This document shows positions 48,561-58,015 of a DNA stretch of 64,000 bases, one piece after another (the stretch's first letter is position 1; each line of letters begins with the position of its first letter). The stretch spans positions 149,963 through 213,962 of the forward strand of contig CAZMHV010000001.1 of assembly GCA_964566225.1 (NCBI GenBank). Reading direction: 5' to 3'. This DNA is from an uncultured Gammaproteobacteria bacterium. Lineage in GTDB: Bacteria; Patescibacteriota; Patescibacteriia; Magasanikbacterales; UBA922. The notes below the pieces were generated by a model. That model did no database searches. It saw nothing but the letters and a program-made list of their open reading frames with translations, and had not been told where the DNA came from. The translations under genes were made by a program, and so were the position numbers.

Positions 48561-49097
48561 TTATTTTGCGTATTTTTCGTTATACATCTCAATTGATTTT
48601 TCTACGGCTGCCATAGCTTCTGCCTTGCCTTTCACCGCATTCACAGTCACTACATCACCTTTGCCTTTGAGAATTTTGTAGGTTTCCCAAAAATGAGAAA
48701 ATTCTTTGAGACTGTGTGGGTTTACATCAGCGATATCTTGTACGTGATCAAAACGTTTGTCGTTTGCTGGTACAGCAATCACTTTGTAATCAGAGTCCCC
48801 AGAATCAATCATTTCCATGATTCCGACTGGTCGAACCGCAACCTGAATTCCAACATTGAGTGGATAGGTAGTGAGCACAATTACATCGAGTGCATCACCG
48901 TCGTCCCACAAAGTTTGGGGTACATATCCATAGTCAAATGGATATGGGGCAGAACTGTAGTTGACACGGTCAAGGGCAATCAGCCCAGTTTCTTTGTCAA
49001 TTTCGTATTTGTTATATGATCCTTTTGGAATTTCAATAATAACATTTACTTCGTTTGGTGCATTTTTGCCACGTGGTACATCATGCCAAAGATTCAT
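48561..49097 (-). CDS. ppa: Inorganic pyrophosphatase (family I)
   Basis: Signature DGDALDVIVL together with family I pyrophosphatase metal-binding Asp residues. Confidence 0.9.
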   Translation of the reverse strand: MNLWHDVPRGKNAPNEVNVIIEIPKGSYNKYEIDKETGLIALDRVNYSSAPYPFDYGYVPQTLWDDGDALDVIVLTTYPLNVGIQVAVRPVGIMEMIDSGDSDYKVIAVPANDKRFDHVQDIADVNPHSLKEFSHFWETYKILKGKGDVVTVNAVKGKAEAMAAVEKSIEMYNEKYAK

Positions 49098-49161
49098 AGA
49101 GTAATATTAAGAATGATTGCTGTAGGATAGCAAAAAGTGATAAAAAAATCAAGTCTTTTGT

Positions 49162-49638
49162 TTAGAGAGAAATTCCCCCGGAGCGTGCAGACCCGGGTTT
49201 CTTTTTTGGAGACCCAACACCTGGTGTATACCCGCCAAAAGATATTCCCGCAGAGCGATCAGTCTTGGACTTTTGATCCTGCGCCTCTTGTTCTTTACGG
49301 TGAGCATCTCTGTCGGCCTGACGAAGATATGACGTGGCACGATAGTATGCTTGTCGTACCGCATCCAATTCGTTTTTGAGACTATACACTTTTCGTTTGG
49401 CAACACTTTGGTCCAAACTTGTGTCAGGAAACAAAATCAATTTTTTGTATTCAGCGTTTAAGTGGTTGACTTTGGCCTCTATAGAATTTTTTTCGCGTGA
49501 CCAAATTTCTTGAACCGTACGAGCCATTTTGGGGACTTCTCTCTCCCAATGTGACATTTTTTCGACAAAGATATCAACCTCAGACTTCATACCCTGTGCC
49601 TGAAGTATTACTTTGTCCCAAGGGGTTGAATTTGTCAT
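49162..49638 (-). CDS. Hypothetical coiled-coil protein with a Gly/Lys-rich C-terminal tail
   Basis: ORF of native composition; no recognised motif. Confidence 0.4.
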   Translation of the reverse strand: MTNSTPWDKVILQAQGMKSEVDIFVEKMSHWEREVPKMARTVQEIWSREKNSIEAKVNHLNAEYKKLILFPDTSLDQSVAKRKVYSLKNELDAVRQAYYRATSYLRQADRDAHRKEQEAQDQKSKTDRSAGISFGGYTPGVGSPKKKPGSARSGGISL

Positions 49639-49680
49639 ATGTTTTGATATACTATTATCTCTTTACTTTGATTGTAGCAC

Positions 49681-50367
49681 ATGCCTTTCATTCTTATCAA
49701 CAAAGAAGCTGGGTGGACCAGTCATGACGTGGTTGGATATTTGCGCAAAGTCACCCGCCTCAAAAAAATTGGCCATGCCGGAACCCTGGACCCATTTGCT
49801 ACGGGTTTGCTTATTGTTGGCATTGGACGGGACGCTACCAAGCGCCTCGATGAATTTAAAAATAAAAAAAAGACGTATGAGGCCACGGTGCATTTGGGAG
49901 CAGTGAGTGATACCTATGATAGCACCGGAATTATAACCCCTACTGGGGCAAATATAAAAAGTATTCAAAAAGAACAAATTGAGCTGTTACTAGCACAATT
50001 TTTTGGTACTCAAGAGCAAATTCCACCTATGTACTCTGCCAAAAAAGTAGGTGGTGAAAAATTGTATGACCTGGCAAGAAAAGGTATAGAAATAGAGCGC
50101 AAACCCCATACTATTACCATCGAGAGTATTCGCCTTGGAGAAATCAAGGACAATGAATTTACTCTACAAGTGACCTGCTCGCCTGGGACCTATATTCGTA
50201 CCCTAGTGCATGATATTGGAAGTAAACTTGGCGTAGGCGCCTACTGTGAGACGCTCAAACGAACAGCCATTGGTGAATTTTTGGTTGAGAGTGCCCATGA
50301 AGTAAAAACCCTCACCCGTGAAAATTGGGAGACCGTGTGCTTTGACCTGCCCACCTTGTCCCCATGA
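49681..50367 (+). CDS. truB: tRNA pseudouridine(55) synthase
   Basis: Catalytic Asp motif GHAGTLDPFATGLL. Short form lacking a PUA domain. Confidence 0.9.
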   Translation: MPFILINKEAGWTSHDVVGYLRKVTRLKKIGHAGTLDPFATGLLIVGIGRDATKRLDEFKNKKKTYEATVHLGAVSDTYDSTGIITPTGANIKSIQKEQIELLLAQFFGTQEQIPPMYSAKKVGGEKLYDLARKGIEIERKPHTITIESIRLGEIKDNEFTLQVTCSPGTYIRTLVHDIGSKLGVGAYCETLKRTAIGEFLVESAHEVKTLTRENWETVCFDLPTLSP

Positions 50368-50474
50368 CAAGACTTGACAGAGGTGGTATTATAGGATATA
50401 TTTGGCTATCTTTCCGCAATTCTGCGGCGAGATCTGGCTCTGTGCCAGAATCCTTAAAACCAACTCTGTGGTAG

Positions 50475-51068
50475 GTGAATATGGACCACCCTGTCGACAT
50501 CATGTTCGACAATCCTCGGGTGGACAAGTTCACCCGTGATTTATTTGTCGATCTTGCGATCGACCTCGGACTCGGCTTGTCTGAGCCAGACATTGAATTG
50601 ACCACCCTGGTGGTGAAGCAATTCATGAATGGTTTGTACACGCTCCTGTGTGAGTGGGAGGCTGGAACCGGGAGAACTGACAACCCGTACGCTTTGCTGC
50701 TCCTGCTGAACGAAATGGCAACGTTTCCCATGCGAGAGGACTGGAAAGCGCGCACACGGCAGCAGTTCGAATGCTTCCAGTTTCAACTGAGGCACCGATT
50801 CGAGCAAGAACCATGGGCCAAACGTCAGTCACCGCAGGATCCGACCATCCGAGAAGTCCAACCTGCTCGGTGGTGGAAGATCATGACCGGCACCGGCATG
50901 ATCTTGTTTCACAGGTTCCTCGTGAGAGACCTGAGGAAACGCGACCTGCACATTCGACGTGGGATACGTACGGTCGCACGAGCGAACCGAGCCAAGCGCA
51001 TGCCCATGGCTACGGCCACAGCCGAAACTGATGCTACGTCCGACGACGAGCACAAGCGTTCGGCCTGA
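50475..51068 (+). CDS. Hypothetical protein encoded in a GC-rich (~58-60%) island
   Basis: ORF with balanced amino-acid composition and GC-rich codon usage unlike flanking genes; the competing antisense ORFs are Arg/Pro-rich. Confidence 0.45.
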   Translation: MNMDHPVDIMFDNPRVDKFTRDLFVDLAIDLGLGLSEPDIELTTLVVKQFMNGLYTLLCEWEAGTGRTDNPYALLLLLNEMATFPMREDWKARTRQQFECFQFQLRHRFEQEPWAKRQSPQDPTIREVQPARWWKIMTGTGMILFHRFLVRDLRKRDLHIRRGIRTVARANRAKRMPMATATAETDATSDDEHKRSA

Positions 51069-51451
51069 GCTACCCTACAGAGGAAATCACGTGGTGGTTG
51101 TAGAATCGTATTCTCTCCACCACGTTCCCCTGCCCTTTGGTATCAAACATGTTTGGTAACAGTGGGCAGGGTTTTGTATTTTGCAAAACAAAAAAAGAAT
51201 GTTATACTTTTTTTGTTTTGATTCTGAAACTCCGTAAATAAAACCTTTGTTCTTTACTTATAATCAACTTGAATAGAGTGAATGTTTGATGGGTAAAAAA
51301 ATAATTTTTCAATTTTCAAGAATTATTTTTCAACCCGTCAACGTTTCTCTGTTCCCCGAAAATCACCGGGGTCGTTGACTAGCCACTGTTTCAAAAAGGC
51401 AATTTCTGCCTTGCGAGACTTTGCCGATAATACGGAGAAGGGGTAAGGGTC

Positions 51452-51907
51452 TTGAAGAAACTTTTTGACCTGATCGAGGCGTTTCAAAGGCTCCTCCTGG
51501 CTCGGATCGCCGAGTACAACCTGGGCAGTCCCCCTGCCCTCTCGAGCGACCAACTGGCTACCCTGCTGGAACTCTTCAGCAAGCTCGACCGCTACGACGC
51601 GGCGTCCCTCGCCATGAGGCACACTGGCGCCAAGGCGGGCAACCGCCTCTATGAGGCGAAGCGCGAGCAGTTCTGTCTCGCCCTCCCCGAGGAGCTGCGC
51701 CCGTTCTTCGTCGAGGCGCAGACGATGGGGCGTGTCATCGCCGAGGCAGGGTGCTACACCCTGAATGACGCTCGTTGGTGGGATCCCCCACAGGTTCCGC
51801 TGCAACGGCGAGTCTTGGCGGTGCGACCGCTGCCAAGTGTCGACACTGCGTCGGAGACAGTCCGGCGAGCAATGCTCTCCCCTCGAACCGCGCGCATCGG
51901 GCCGTAG
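51452..51907 (+). CDS. Hypothetical protein in a GC-rich island (TTG start per the ORF track, preceded by GGAGAAGGGG)
   Basis: Balanced composition on the + strand against Arg-rich antisense frames, with an SD-like purine tract upstream and a strong terminator downstream. Confidence 0.4.
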   Translation: MKKLFDLIEAFQRLLLARIAEYNLGSPPALSSDQLATLLELFSKLDRYDAASLAMRHTGAKAGNRLYEAKREQFCLALPEELRPFFVEAQTMGRVIAEAGCYTLNDARWWDPPQVPLQRRVLAVRPLPSVDTASETVRRAMLSPRTARIGP

Positions 51908-51936
51908 ACCTCCCAGGTCTCCGGCTTGTATCTTTT

Positions 51937-52010
51937 GGCGCACGAACGTTTCGTGCGCCAGTCCTGATTTTTTTTATCACACTCTGTGGTAGAAAAAATC
52001 AGGACTTTTT
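51937..52010 (+). terminator. Tandem hairpin terminator closing the GC-rich island, possibly also serving minus-strand uvrC
   Basis: GGCGCACGAACGTTTCGTGCGCC followed by AGTCCTGATTTTTTTT...AAAAAATCAGGACTTTTTTATTTT. Confidence 0.7.
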
Positions 52011-53362
52011 TATTTTCGAGAAATTTTTCTTTGTTTGCGTTGAAACGTAATAGCAAAGCGATGTGCTTCGTCACGAGTACGAATGAGAATTTCTTGATGT
52101 TCGTTCACCCAGTTCACAAAATTTCTTCTGGCTTCCAAAACATCTCGCGCCACTTGCTCAGAGTTTTCAAAGAGTGAACGTGCAAAAGTAAACTCATTTT
52201 TTTTACGATCTGGGCCTTTGGCAATACCCACGAGTGGAATAAAAATGTGAAGTTCTTGGAGAACGTGGTCCACACGATTGACTTGTGGTTTACCACCATC
52301 AATGAGGAGCACATCTGGAAATGGCCACTCAGGATGATTGAACCTTCGGCGCATTACTTCTTCAAGACAGTCAACATCACTTTGACCTTCGACTGTTTTT
52401 ATTTTAAATTTTCGATATTCAGATTTTACTGGTCCGGCACTATCTGATACAACCATACTTGCTACCTTACCAGTGGTACCGAGATTAGAAATATCATAGC
52501 CTTCAATACGACGAACACGATACTCAGTTTCGTCAGTCGTAGAAATTTGTCCTGGCAAACTTACGTCAGAAACCATTTCACGATTGATGAGTGTCACATC
52601 TTGGATATGATACAGTGACTGCAGTATATCTCGCACTCTCCCTGCTTCTTCAAAATTTTCTTCTTTGGCCGAGCGTGTCATTTTCTTTTCAAGTTCTTGA
52701 ATCAGTTTTTTCTTTTCACCTTTCAAAAACATGATGAGTGGACGAATGACTTTTGCTTTGTATTCTGCTGGAGAAATTGCACGCACACAAACACCCAAAC
52801 ACTGCCCCATTTGATAATACAAACACGGACGCTTTTGATCGGGCACACAGGATGAAAAGTGAAAAATTTGTCTGAGTATTTTGAGCGCTGCTGCAGTGTT
52901 GAGTCCAGGGTAAGGACCAAACACATATTGAAATTGTTTCAAATCCATTTCATCTTTTTCATCAAATTTTTTTCCTTGTTTTTCGGCTTTTTTGCGCAAT
53001 TCAAATTCGTGCTGACGCATGGTTTTGATATGTGGGTATTCGTCTTTGGTTATGACAATGTAATTCCAACTTCGATTGTCCTTGCCAAGCACATTGTATT
53101 TGGGCAAGTACGCTTTGATGGTGTTGGCTTCCAAAATAACTGCTTCGAGCACTGAATCGGTAACTTTGTATTTGATACTCACCACTTCGTGCATCATGGC
53201 CTCAATAGGACGAGTCACTTTTTTGATACGAAAATAACTCCGCACACGGTTGATGAGCGAAGTCGCTTTGCCAACATACACCAGCTCCTTTTGATTATTG
53301 TAAAACAAATAAATTCCAGGAGAGTCGGGTAAATGGAGTTGTTCAAATTGTTCTTTGGTCAT
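52010..53362 (-). CDS. uvrC: Excinuclease ABC subunit C, short form lacking the C-terminal (HhH)2 domain
   Basis: GIY-YIG N terminus (GIYLFYNNQKELVYVGKATSLINRVRSYF), a Cys-containing UvrBC region, and an RNase H-like endonuclease domain (YDISN...IDGGKPQ). Confidence 0.8.
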   Translation of the reverse strand: MTKEQFEQLHLPDSPGIYLFYNNQKELVYVGKATSLINRVRSYFRIKKVTRPIEAMMHEVVSIKYKVTDSVLEAVILEANTIKAYLPKYNVLGKDNRSWNYIVITKDEYPHIKTMRQHEFELRKKAEKQGKKFDEKDEMDLKQFQYVFGPYPGLNTAAALKILRQIFHFSSCVPDQKRPCLYYQMGQCLGVCVRAISPAEYKAKVIRPLIMFLKGEKKKLIQELEKKMTRSAKEENFEEAGRVRDILQSLYHIQDVTLINREMVSDVSLPGQISTTDETEYRVRRIEGYDISNLGTTGKVASMVVSDSAGPVKSEYRKFKIKTVEGQSDVDCLEEVMRRRFNHPEWPFPDVLLIDGGKPQVNRVDHVLQELHIFIPLVGIAKGPDRKKNEFTFARSLFENSEQVARDVLEARRNFVNWVNEHQEILIRTRDEAHRFAITFQRKQRKISRK

Positions 53363-53569
53363 ACGCTATATAATAGCACAAAATTTTAAACTTATCCACA
53401 TGCCAAAATTGACAAGAGTATAAAAAATTGCATAAAGTATGCTCATATGATGAAAAAAGTACAGAGATTTTTTGACCTGTCACCGTTTTCACCGTTTCGT
53501 CCGGATATTCTTTTTTATAGGTAAACTGTACGCCCACGTTTGGGCGTTTTTTATTTTTTATTTTCGCGT

Positions 53570-54244
53570 ATGCGGATACTCATTATTGAAGACCAAATAG
53601 AAATCCTCGACTTTTTGAAAATGAATTTGGAAGCAAACTGTTTTGTGGTAGATACGGTGACCGACGGACGACAAGGTGCCCGACTCGCCTGTGCCTTTAA
53701 TTATGATTTGATTGTACTTGATAACCACTTACCTTCAAAAAAGGGCATTGATATTTGCACCGAAATCCGTGAAGCAGGCAGGAGAACCCCCATTTTGATG
53801 CTGTCTGTAGAATCTGACGTGGTCAAAAAAGTTCAAGTACTTGAAAAAGGTGCTGATGATTACATGACCAAACCATTTGCTTTTGAAGAACTTCTCGCTC
53901 GAATACGAGCACTTATTCGTAGGCCGTCGCACATGATTCACGAAACCTATCAACTTGAAGATTTAGTTGTTAACTTTAGCACACTCCAAGTAACCCGTGG
54001 TCAAACCGTGTTACGTCTCACCAAAAAAGAATTTATGATCTTACAACAGCTTATACGCAATCGTGGTGAGGTTGTTTCTCGCGTATCACTCATGGAGCAT
54101 GTATGGGACGTACAAGGAGATTTGTTTTCCAATACCATTGAGACCCACATGGCGACACTGCGCAAAAAAATTGATGCCAAATTTGATAAAAAACTTATCC
54201 ACACGGTATCAGGGAGAGGTTACAAAATAGCGGCTTACCTATAG
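53570..54244 (+). CDS. OmpR-family response regulator
   Basis: Receiver domain (phospho-acceptor D in LIVLDNHLP, conserved T/K) plus a winged-helix trans_reg_C domain; start set at MRILIIED. Confidence 0.85.
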   Translation: MRILIIEDQIEILDFLKMNLEANCFVVDTVTDGRQGARLACAFNYDLIVLDNHLPSKKGIDICTEIREAGRRTPILMLSVESDVVKKVQVLEKGADDYMTKPFAFEELLARIRALIRRPSHMIHETYQLEDLVVNFSTLQVTRGQTVLRLTKKEFMILQQLIRNRGEVVSRVSLMEHVWDVQGDLFSNTIETHMATLRKKIDAKFDKKLIHTVSGRGYKIAAYL

Positions 54245-54345
54245 TTTTTCTCTCTTTTTAGCCCCATTTTTGTGACCGTGAGACTTTATGAAAACTTTAT
54301 CTCCACTTTGCTATACTACACAGGAGTTACTCTTGACCCCTCTCT

Positions 54346-54972
54346 ATGAGCGAAACATCTTTGAAAGAAATGGAAACACTTTCTTCCAACCTTTTTCACA
54401 ATATTCTCAATCCACTCACCGTCCTTTCGCTTCAAATTGACGATCAGTTTCGTCGTGGTCCCAACATGCAACGACAGATCGACGCAATGATTCACCACAT
54501 AACACATTTGGAATACTTTGTTTCACTCTTGTGTGAAAACATTACCCCCACTTCTTTTGAAAAAAAATTTTCTGTCAACGAAGAAATTGAGTCCGCATTG
54601 GAGATAACTTCATACCGAGCCAAAAAAAATAATATTCAAGTGTTGTCCCTCCTGCTCCAAGAAACTTCGTTGCAAGGAAACCAACTCCAATTTCATAAAC
54701 TTTTGCTTGATCTCATGAGTATTTTTATGAACGAAGCGAAGTTAGAAGAAAATTTTGATATTGAAGTTGTGCATGAAAAAAAAATTGAAATTTTACTGGA
54801 AAAACGAAAAAGAAATAGTGTCCTCATATTTTCGGTAACTGGTATACCTGTGCACGAAGAAACACTGCAAGACTTACGTCAGCTGTTTGAATATGCCTTT
54901 GATATGAAAGGTGAAGTATTTGTACGTGGAACCCGAGCAGAGATAACCTTACGGTTTAGTTCCGAAAAATAA
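54346..54972 (+). CDS. Sensor-less, cytoplasmic histidine kinase-like protein (HisKA H-box plus a degenerate HATPase_c)
   Basis: H-box FHNILNPLTVL, an N-box-like HKLLLDLMSIFMNEAK, and weak G-boxes. No TM or sensor domain, and adjacent to the response regulator. Confidence 0.55.
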   Translation: MSETSLKEMETLSSNLFHNILNPLTVLSLQIDDQFRRGPNMQRQIDAMIHHITHLEYFVSLLCENITPTSFEKKFSVNEEIESALEITSYRAKKNNIQVLSLLLQETSLQGNQLQFHKLLLDLMSIFMNEAKLEENFDIEVVHEKKIEILLEKRKRNSVLIFSVTGIPVHEETLQDLRQLFEYAFDMKGEVFVRGTRAEITLRFSSEK

Positions 54973-54981
54973 TACCAGTAG

Positions 54982-55686
54982 TTATTTGAGATGCAAATAG
55001 TACTTTCTTTTGAGAGGAGAAAATTTTTCAATAGCATAGCGAAGCATCGTACGAGGCATTTTGTGAGCATGTTTATCCAAAAATGCTTCTTCGATCACTT
55101 GGTCACGCTTGCCAACTTCCCGCAGCATCCAGCCTACGGCTTTGTGTATGAGATCGTGTTTGTCGTGGAGTAAAATTGTGGCAATGTCAAATGTAGGTTG
55201 AAATTTATTTTTGCGAATAAATGCAGCCGTGGCAACTATGGCAATGCGTCTTTCCCACAAATTTTGAGAATGTGCCAGTGTGGTCAAAATACTCACGTCT
55301 TTATCGAGAAGGTATTCACCCACGATTTTGTGTGCCGAAGTATCTACCAAGTCCCAGTTGTTGATGTGTTTGGTGTTTTGCAAATAAAAATTATATACTT
55401 TTTCTTTTTGTATTTCCGTACCCTTTTCAAATTGGTGGACCAAAATAATCAGCGCGATAAGACGTGATTCGTGTACTGGTGAATCCAAAAGTTTTTTTAT
55501 TTCATCAAAAGCAAGGGTGAAAAACTCTTTGGCAATTTTACGCGACTGTGGCACGGTGATGCCATAAAATACATCACCCTCACCATATTGCCCTTTGCCA
55601 GTTTTAAAAAAGCCACTGAGTAATTTGGCTTTGATTGGATCTTTGTGTGCAGTAAGTTTTTGGTGAACGTCTTTTGAGTGTAACAT
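54982..55686 (-). CDS. alkD: DNA alkylation repair enzyme (AlkD/AlkC-like HEAT-repeat glycosylase)
   Basis: PF08713-like helical repeats with WDLVDTSA and WERRIAIVATAAF. Confidence 0.72.
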   Translation of the reverse strand: MLHSKDVHQKLTAHKDPIKAKLLSGFFKTGKGQYGEGDVFYGITVPQSRKIAKEFFTLAFDEIKKLLDSPVHESRLIALIILVHQFEKGTEIQKEKVYNFYLQNTKHINNWDLVDTSAHKIVGEYLLDKDVSILTTLAHSQNLWERRIAIVATAAFIRKNKFQPTFDIATILLHDKHDLIHKAVGWMLREVGKRDQVIEEAFLDKHAHKMPRTMLRYAIEKFSPLKRKYYLHLK

Positions 55687-55705
55687 ATTTTGTAATCAAG
55701 TTCGC

Positions 55706-56191
55706 TTAGGGTTGCAAAAGATATACCACCAAAAGTGCCACACTCCCCCACCATCCAATGTCTGAAACAATCAAACTCAGTGCAATTTTGGTTTGCCACA
55801 CAGCAGGCAATAATTCTTTTTGTTTTCCTTTTTTTTCTCGCTCAAGCATGTAGGGGCTCACCACAAACGACAGAAAACAACCATTGAGTATCAGCAGCAC
55901 CCCAAGCAAAGCATGCAGGGCGGGAATTCCCCAAAAGGGTTGTTGTCGATACAAAAATATTCCTCCAATGGTAGCAAGTATAATGCCTACCCAAATCATG
56001 GGTTTGGTCACTTTGTGTGTGCGAGTGGTTGCTTCTGTCCAATAGGCAGATTTTCGTCCCAAAAATCCGTGTATATCAATAACGGTGACCGCACCAAGTC
56101 CAATAATGAACCCTGCAATAAACGAAAAAAGCCCAATAAAATCCAATACATTAATTGAGAGACCAAATAGCATAATTGAGGTAACTAGCAA
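55706..56191 (-). CDS. Hypothetical integral membrane protein
   Basis: Four predicted TM helices; overlaps the tspO 3' end. Confidence 0.45.
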   Translation of the reverse strand: MLVTSIMLFGLSINVLDFIGLFSFIAGFIIGLGAVTVIDIHGFLGRKSAYWTEATTRTHKVTKPMIWVGIILATIGGIFLYRQQPFWGIPALHALLGVLLILNGCFLSFVVSPYMLEREKKGKQKELLPAVWQTKIALSLIVSDIGWWGSVALLVVYLLQP

Positions 56192-56666
56192 AACTCACCC
56201 AGAGTAAATATGGAATAAGTAAATACGCTGCGACTCGAGAGATTCTGTAAAACGAAAGCATGGTCGCCACAATAGCAAGCCACAAAGCAGCAATTTCAAG
56301 CAAAGCAAGTCCAGGACTTTGGAGACCAAAAAATAAAATTGACCACAGTGTGTTGAGAAATAACTGAAACAGAAACAGGGCCAGCGCCATGGTAATGTGG
56401 TTGTGCATGCCTGTAAACTTATAAATTTGTTTGCGAATACCAGACCCAGGCAAACGGCGCCATACCAAAAAAGCTGCGACGCCCATGAGAATAAACAGCA
56501 GTGTCCACACAGGACCAAATACCCATGAAGGTGGATTGAGTGCGGGTTTTTCAAGAGCTGCATACCAGGTAGGAATGCGAGACGAAGTAAACAGTGCTCC
56601 AATGCCTCCAGCGAGCTGTGGCAAAAGTAGTGAAACAAAAAGTTTGATGGGGTGTTTGATGGTCAT
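56151..56666 (-). CDS. tspO: TspO/MBR family tryptophan-rich sensory protein
   Basis: WYAALEKPALNPPSWVFGPVWTLLFILMGVAAFLVW and five TM helices. Confidence 0.72.
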   Translation of the reverse strand: MTIKHPIKLFVSLLLPQLAGGIGALFTSSRIPTWYAALEKPALNPPSWVFGPVWTLLFILMGVAAFLVWRRLPGSGIRKQIYKFTGMHNHITMALALFLFQLFLNTLWSILFFGLQSPGLALLEIAALWLAIVATMLSFYRISRVAAYLLIPYLLWVSFASYLNYAIWSLN

Positions 56667-56706
56667 ATGTAGAGAATTGTATCACAAATAGCACTGGTGG
56701 TGAATG

Positions 56707-57921
56707 TTATTTGGTTTGTTCACTCAGATCACTCTTTTGATCCACTGACTCCACCACAAAACTCATGCGGCCCAGCACCTGTCCATTTGCGGTTTTTACA
56801 TACACGCGCCACTTGCCTGCAGGAACATTATTTTTGAACGAAAATCCACGGAATCCTTGACTGCGTCCACCCGTGAGCACAAACGACAAATCACTTTTGT
56901 TTACCCACTCTTTTTTGGTTTCATCAAAATATTTCCACTCATGAATAATTTTGGTTTGAAGTTTGCCTGGTGCAAAAATAGCGGTGTACACATACACACT
57001 TTCGCCGCTACTTTTGTGAAATACTTCAGTTTGAAATAATTTTTGCCACCAGGTGCGAGGTTCTACGCTCACCGTATAGCCACTCGCATTTTTTTCAATG
57101 CTGTGCGCCAGTGACATTTCACGAATAGAAAGTGGAATAGGTGGAATGAGTTTGGCAAAATACAGTGCGTTCAAAAAGACAAAAAGTGTGAGAATGGTTG
57201 AAGCCACTCGAATGCGAAATTTTTGGATATCTTTGTTGGCAAACATGAGCAGCTCAGCAAAGCCAAACATAAACACCAAACTTGAAACTCCAGCGATAAC
57301 AAATACTTTGGCGGACAAAGACTGCGTAGCAAAAGCAACAAAAATAGTTGACAGGGTAAACAAAATAAAATAGTACACGCCCAGTTGTATGGTGATGCGT
57401 GAATAGTATTTTTTGAATACGTCGTTGGAAACCATGAGCAGCACCAATAATGCCAAGAGGAGCCAACTCACAAAAAATGTTCCACTAAAAAAGTAAAAAA
57501 TAAATACGCCACTAAGGAGCGCTCCATAGGTGAGCTGCACTACCAATGGTGAAAGCAGCCGCAGGTACTCAAATGCTCGGTAGTGAGGCAAACGGTGGGC
57601 ATCGTAGGCTTGCATCCACACCAGTGTGCCACTCGCAATGGCAAAGTAAATGCCGAGCAAAATAAACGTGGAAGTAATGTTGATGTTTTGAAATGTAAAC
57701 GCATCAAGCAGCACACCAAAAACAAGCGTGGCCGGCATAAGCACACGCTCGTATTTTTGATACCAGTGTTTTATTTTTTGAAAACGAAGAAGTGAGGTGA
57801 GGTGGTGAAGAATTGGCACAGGGTGGAAATAAATATGTGTGTAGTGTAGCAAAAAAGTTGTTTTGTGGCAAAACAAAAACACACCATTCCCTTCTCCTCC
57901 GCAAGACATTGAATGCATCAA
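56707..57921 (-). CDS. Hypothetical polytopic membrane protein with a C-terminal soluble beta-rich domain; start uncertain, possibly Met62 at 57738
   Basis: Seven to eight TM helices then a ~120-aa soluble tail; the first ~60 codons lack TM character. Confidence 0.5.
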   Translation of the reverse strand: MMHSMSCGGEGNGVFLFCHKTTFLLHYTHIYFHPVPILHHLTSLLRFQKIKHWYQKYERVLMPATLVFGVLLDAFTFQNINITSTFILLGIYFAIASGTLVWMQAYDAHRLPHYRAFEYLRLLSPLVVQLTYGALLSGVFIFYFFSGTFFVSWLLLALLVLLMVSNDVFKKYYSRITIQLGVYYFILFTLSTIFVAFATQSLSAKVFVIAGVSSLVFMFGFAELLMFANKDIQKFRIRVASTILTLFVFLNALYFAKLIPPIPLSIREMSLAHSIEKNASGYTVSVEPRTWWQKLFQTEVFHKSSGESVYVYTAIFAPGKLQTKIIHEWKYFDETKKEWVNKSDLSFVLTGGRSQGFRGFSFKNNVPAGKWRVYVKTANGQVLGRMSFVVESVDQKSDLSEQTK

Positions 57922-58015
57922 TATATTGCGGCGTTGCGGGAATGATGTGTTGTTTGTTTCCCCACGAACGTGAACAGGATGTTCATGTTCGTGCGCCTGG
58001 GCGCGTGGTGTTGGC

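Noticed and set aside
51338-51943. 201-aa minus-strand ORF, and other long ORFs on the opposite strand of the GC-rich islands (50312..50755 -, 50541..50807 -, 58106..58906 +, 58351..58800 -, 58473..58901 -)
   Set aside because: Arg/Pro/Gly-rich 'shadow' ORFs typical of antisense frames in high-GC DNA. The opposite-strand ORFs have balanced composition and recognisable homology (PNP) or better signals.
57968-57998. Possible third LexA box in the GC palindrome
   Set aside because: The half-sites are spaced N5 rather than N4, and the site lies in foreign-looking GC-rich DNA downstream of a gene rather than in a promoter.
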